Below, piece by piece: positions 60,401 through 64,000 of a stretch of DNA of 64,000 nt (the first letter of the stretch is position 1; each line of letters opens with the position of its first letter). Made by a program: the position numbers and the translations under genes. The notes beneath the pieces are model-generated. The model did not search any database, was not told the origin of the DNA, and saw only the letters and a list, made by a program, of their open reading frames with translations. Source of the DNA: an uncultured Gammaproteobacteria bacterium (GTDB lineage: Bacteria; Patescibacteriota; Patescibacteriia; Magasanikbacterales; UBA922); the NCBI GenBank assembly GCA_964612105.1, contig CAZTEU010000007.1, forward strand, positions 21,008 through 85,007. Reading direction: 5' to 3'.

Positions 60401-63400
60401 AAATGGAACATGTGTATACGCAGCAATTACAAATTCTGGAGAGTCAAAATCTTGTTCTGCTGTTGCCTCTGGTTGCCGTAAATATACCGGAACAGCAGGA
60501 CACAATGTTGCAGAGATTTTTGTAGATAAGTTTGAGTCAGACGAAGAGAGCGCACCTGTACAAGGCTATCTTGCAGAAGGTGGAGCAAAGACAGCTGTAA
60601 TATCTTCAGAAGCAATACAGGTTGGTTCCCACTCATTAATGGTGGACGCAAAGACATTGACCAGGGTACTGGAAGGAGACACAAAAGATGCAATAGATCC
60701 TAAGGATGAAGATGAGTTTTATGAAATCTCTTTCTGGGCGAGAGGTGCCACTCTTAATCTTGTAGTATCGTTGGATGGAGATACATTAAACTCACCGCTA
60801 ATATTTACACACAATGTTGCAACAGGCCAAAACACACCAGCATCCATAAGTAATGATTGGAAACAATATCGTTTTGGTCCTGTGCAAGTGACAAACAAAG
60901 TGGTAAATCCAAAGATTGTGTTTAACATAACATCTTTTGGTGCAAACAATACGTTATTCTTGGACAACGTAAAACTCTCACGTGTATCAGATACGTATTA
61001 TGTTGTAAAAGATTCATGGAAAACCACAACAGCAGACGGAAAAGAACTAGAAGTACCTCTTGTTTGTGACGACAAGCCAGATGATCCATTCCCAGGACAG
61101 GCCTTAGGCTGTCGTGGTTACTCATTCTTTGATCAGAAAGGAAATCAGAGTACAGCATATGCAACAGGCTTTGAGAAGCTGTGTCGTGAAGAAGCAATTG
61201 GGTGTCAGCCATTATATGATTCTAACAACACAGCAGACATAGAAGAAAGTGAGAAAGCTCATATATATAAATTAGGATGTAGTGTTGGTAATGAATTGGT
61301 AAAGGGGACAGAGCTTTGTACTGTAGAGCTAAACGGCCAGGAAATCCAAAATGGAATATGTGAAATCCCTGCAGGAGAAAAGAGCTGTTTAATAGATCAT
61401 ATAGCACTTAATACCGTTGCTGATTTGGACATACTAAAGAACGCAGCGGTTGTAGATTCTTCTATTATTATTCCAGAAGATTCAGAAACTCCAATTTATC
61501 TAACCAACAGAAATGAATTTAGTTGTGACTCACGTGATCAGGGGTGTGAAAGAGTTGCGTTAGAGGAATCAAAAGTACAGCAGGATAATTCATTAGATTA
61601 TTCGTACAACACAGAAGTGTTTGTTAGAAACAATCCAGACGCCTACGAAGTAGACAATGCTTCTATACTTTGTGATGAAGAAGGTGTTGGATGTAGTACA
61701 TATGGCGTAGGAAACGCTACAACATACTTCAAAGACCCACAAAAGACATCAAACAAACTTTGTGAATATCGTCCGCGTGTAGAAAAAGATGGAAACATAA
61801 TTGCTGGTTGGTATCGTGTGGATTTGGAAGGCGACATCCCTTGTTATGAGAAATATATAAACAAAAAGGGTGAATACGGTATATGGTCAAACAAATCAGT
61901 TGGTCAGTACGATGGTTTTGTTGGGCAATGTCCTTCAAATTACGACCAATGTACAGAGCTTGTAGATCCTGCAGACACCTCAGAAGGGGCAGAAGGTAAG
62001 CCATACTATGTTATCTTTAACGATAGTGTGCAAAAATCTGGCACAAGTGAATGTGGGGGGCAGGTGAGCCTTAAAGAAGGTTGTATATTGTTCGATAGGA
62101 CAGAAGAGCCAAAGAAGAGCTACGACAGTAAATCTACGTACAAGAAGAGTGAGGTTAGTGGTTTTGGACCGGTAGATATTCAGAAATCAGTAGACGGGAA
62201 TAATGATACAAACCTACTCCTAAAGGTAAAAAGAGATCGCATGTGTAGCGAATGGTTATCTTGTAAAACATCTATTACAAAAATTAATAGCGAAGGGAAA
62301 GCGCAAAACTTCTGCTATGAGTTTAAGGCGTGCGATGAGTCAGAAAATGGAGTTTGTACAAATTGGGTAGATCCGGAAGAAAATCGTGAACTATTATCAG
62401 AAAAATTATATGTAGAAAGAGATTCATCATGGTATGGAGAGGATTACACTGGTTACTCATTACTAAATAAATATCCAGTAACACATTACGATCACATTAG
62501 CATAGAAGACAAATCATACTTAGTGTATAAACAAGATAGAGATTCGTTTACAAAAGAGGAAGCCCAAAAAATTGGATGTGACAAAGGAGATGCTGGTAGT
62601 AAACCAAACTGGACATCCTGTGGTTTAAAACAAGAAGGGCGTTGTTACGAAGGTGAGTGTATACACTTAATAGGAGGTAGTTTCTCTAGCAATGTAACAC
62701 CAGATCCTGCAGGTGTGGGGGTTAAGAAAGTAGGGCAGGAAAATGCTGTAAAAATACTGGAACAAAGAAACATGTGTAAGGCGTTTCCAGAAAGAAGTTC
62801 TCCATTCCCACAAAGCGTACTTAAGAGCACTCCTTCAAAAAAACACACTGCCAAAGGACTAACAAGAGAATCGTTCATTTCTAAAGAATCCAGTTTTAGT
62901 TTAGCAAACGTGTGTCAAGGAGAGACTGATTGTTCTTGCGCTTACATAAAAGCGGAATATAGCGGTGTGCAGACGGTAGATTATTGGCCATTCAACACTA
63001 AAGTGATACCTAGCGGGGTATGTACAGGTCCAGGTAATTTGGAAGGAGATCCGTGTGTTAATGATAATGATTGTGCGGTTACAGTAAAAGACAGCAAGGG
63101 AGAAATAGTACAGCAGAGCGGTACTTGTGGTAAGAAACTTGTGGAAGAGAGCCATCTTGGATTAACAGGATATTGTTTGGAATATGATTTAAGCAGGCCA
63201 ATAAATGGTTACAATGAGAAGAACAAAGAGCAGGATTACGCATGTCTTACTTGGTTACCAATAGATGTGAGCCCTTCTGGAATAGATAATGATAATTTCC
63301 ACCCAGAAGCAGGCTACACACCAAGTGTGGATGCTGAAGTTTTAGACAATAAAGCTACACCAGGTGTTGCGTATTGTAGGAGGTCAACAAATGTTGGTGA

Positions 63401-64000
63401 TGGGCAGTATGAGAAGAAAGCGCTGGGGAAGAACGAAAAACCAACTCATCAAAACTATTTTTCTCTTGAAGGTAATCCACTTTGTAACGGCAACCAGTCG
63501 TTTAATAAGCAACAAGAATGTGGTGTGGCGGGACAGTATAATTGTAATACAGACACAAAGGGAAAGAATATCAAAACCATAGGCTTTGCTTCAGCTTCAT
63601 GTGGTCATAAAGATACTACTCTGTATGGTGCAATGTTAGTATGGTCACAAGAGGATCTTTTTGAAGGAAAACGAGGATTAAACAAAAAAAATACTGTGAT
63701 ACTACGTACAGAAATGGAAGATATTACTAGTCTGCCATACGTATCAAACTCCGGCGGGTCTGTTGTTGTTCCTAATTCACTATTACCCATTGATAGGTGG
63801 AGTGGAATGTCATTTAAAACAAAAGATAATTGTATATCAAACACAGATTATCAAGCAGGAGGAACAGAAGGTAAATTAATAATGAGACACCCTCCAAGAT
63901 TGTGGAATCTAGAAGAGGGAAAAGAAAATGTAGGAGCAGCTTACTTTACAAACAGTCAGTCAATGGAAGTATATCATCGAGATGAAAATTATTATGAGCT
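57426..64000 (+). CDS. Giant Cys-rich secreted/surface protein, 3'-partial (at least 2190 aa in window; absent from the ORF track because no stop occurs before the window end)
   Basis: ATG at 57426 directly follows the previous stop. N-terminal TM (IGISVAIVVFLFSQFF). Read by eye, the frame stays open to position 64000, with hundreds of Cys in CxxC/C-x-C contexts. No complete plus-strand ORFs are listed in this frame downstream. Confidence 0.6.
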   Translation, partial: MLFSNKHKKKKTIGISVAIVVFLFSQFFSFTLYARPASAAGLPVVDALAAGQRSGESVLDYIGKTLYAVGIGGLINGVSYMTRKVAYDTAKYLGSGGKGQKPLIFTDNYKDYLRDAALDSVASTITDFGKPFGLNLCKPSNIRVQAQLQIGLRKMYDARAGAGLGGPKPSCSWQNLQVADHFSSAVDAGSSLFSLNTLNNAIDVRQTDFGIAFAAMTKVDRLQAQNVQSKLLQRAGADGFKPIKGLISNKIKTPESIIKEEAKSLTSSKQSEITYGQIAGIYGSGAKEILPLAGTVFLNTFISQLLESQLTKGLIPDKPSDGSGSLVSDFYAGNIIGHKKTVEQAFNYLFTAVPTKQIGNYNAIDKLVACPIGALEIHNCVIDERMRDAIERARFGDSVTIREALDQKIIKDLPLYSPFRVADNTDPNCRNKAYCYSNVQKLRKLRVLPLGFELATYRSDPDNPWTLREVMEGFEDCAKDPQDSTKVIYDPVGHPYCHLIDPNWIIRIPETRCESQAVGPQLISPNSPDRRDECADISTCINEGPNGACLDSEYYGYCTKEKNTWHIGNDVCPAQYNTCKTYTDEEGQSQSYLSRTIDFGQCNSQSAGCRAYSLEKKNVGEDTETWVNSGEKKVSLQKMGRHQTMFLNSQVENQICSVSAEGCTAFYEQSFAGGVAKKAEGAPTVYLKKAPDYLGCYDVNPNTPQIDYPTNLKELKSIDAPAQCESFAQICIPEETACQLYTPLNGVSDVPGIIGTKFMCASTCSGYDAFKQEESFFEESAYPKYFIPADAQSCSSDDAGCEEFTNLEGSEDLEYYSEIKYCEKPDGFNQKTFYSWEGDATSGFVLRVHKLLQIDDEEHKYITQTAKPNLGKTSVSTFFSVGSPAYAEDAKVKLEGYYNDCNETSYSNLLNNSDIGVKANEDCRALYDDEGTVYYRTLKDTVTVSSQCRDLRRTNPTFEIDKDISTAEACQNKSGFWSNNECRRCKGGGRYQNGTCVYAAITNSGESKSCSAVASGCRKYTGTAGHNVAEIFVDKFESDEESAPVQGYLAEGGAKTAVISSEAIQVGSHSLMVDAKTLTRVLEGDTKDAIDPKDEDEFYEISFWARGATLNLVVSLDGDTLNSPLIFTHNVATGQNTPASISNDWKQYRFGPVQVTNKVVNPKIVFNITSFGANNTLFLDNVKLSRVSDTYYVVKDSWKTTTADGKELEVPLVCDDKPDDPFPGQALGCRGYSFFDQKGNQSTAYATGFEKLCREEAIGCQPLYDSNNTADIEESEKAHIYKLGCSVGNELVKGTELCTVELNGQEIQNGICEIPAGEKSCLIDHIALNTVADLDILKNAAVVDSSIIIPEDSETPIYLTNRNEFSCDSRDQGCERVALEESKVQQDNSLDYSYNTEVFVRNNPDAYEVDNASILCDEEGVGCSTYGVGNATTYFKDPQKTSNKLCEYRPRVEKDGNIIAGWYRVDLEGDIPCYEKYINKKGEYGIWSNKSVGQYDGFVGQCPSNYDQCTELVDPADTSEGAEGKPYYVIFNDSVQKSGTSECGGQVSLKEGCILFDRTEEPKKSYDSKSTYKKSEVSGFGPVDIQKSVDGNNDTNLLLKVKRDRMCSEWLSCKTSITKINSEGKAQNFCYEFKACDESENGVCTNWVDPEENRELLSEKLYVERDSSWYGEDYTGYSLLNKYPVTHYDHISIEDKSYLVYKQDRDSFTKEEAQKIGCDKGDAGSKPNWTSCGLKQEGRCYEGECIHLIGGSFSSNVTPDPAGVGVKKVGQENAVKILEQRNMCKAFPERSSPFPQSVLKSTPSKKHTAKGLTRESFISKESSFSLANVCQGETDCSCAYIKAEYSGVQTVDYWPFNTKVIPSGVCTGPGNLEGDPCVNDNDCAVTVKDSKGEIVQQSGTCGKKLVEESHLGLTGYCLEYDLSRPINGYNEKNKEQDYACLTWLPIDVSPSGIDNDNFHPEAGYTPSVDAEVLDNKATPGVAYCRRSTNVGDGQYEKKALGKNEKPTHQNYFSLEGNPLCNGNQSFNKQQECGVAGQYNCNTDTKGKNIKTIGFASASCGHKDTTLYGAMLVWSQEDLFEGKRGLNKKNTVILRTEMEDITSLPYVSNSGGSVVVPNSLLPIDRWSGMSFKTKDNCISNTDYQAGGTEGKLIMRHPPRLWNLEEGKENVGAAYFTNSQSMEVYHRDENYYE

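Noticed and set aside
43550-64000. Diversity-generating retroelement targeting the giant surface proteins
   Set aside because: No reverse-transcriptase ORF and no template/variable repeat pair could be found in the window.

Overview
The window is an AT-rich bacterial chromosome segment (G+C well under 40% by eye). Almost all native genes lack a Shine-Dalgarno sequence, and several show extended -10 promoters of the TGnTATAAT form. The gene content resembles a small-genome, CPR/Patescibacteria-like organism, but taxonomy cannot be proven from the sequence alone. Main content in order: a tRNA-Leu(UAG); a 23S-5S rRNA operon with its own canonical sigma70 promoter, no 16S gene, and two group I-type introns only 20 nt apart (one encoding a LAGLIDADG homing endonuclease); a glycolysis/gluconeogenesis gene set (FBPase-class II aldolase fusion, two gap, pgk, eno, two tandem gpmI); a UDP-GlcNAc module (GlmU-like, glmS, YvcK); sucC-sucD plus a citrate-synthase-like gene; a tRNA-Ile with anticodon UAU; rluD-family, gmk, rplS, uvrA, rpsB-tsf and rsmA; and three giant Cys-rich or repeat surface proteins, the last running off the 3' end of the window. 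The most unusual signal is six short G+C-rich islands totalling seven genes. Each has an exact TTGACA/TTGACT -35 box, a strong GGAGG ribosome-binding site and a flanking hairpin, in contrast to the native genes. Three of the seven genes have no recognisable function. One island (TylF-like O-methyltransferase) is bracketed by roughly 100-bp direct repeats that duplicate the 3' end and terminator of the neighbouring xth gene, with a 909-bp period. No integrase, transposase, CRISPR array or reverse transcriptase was seen.
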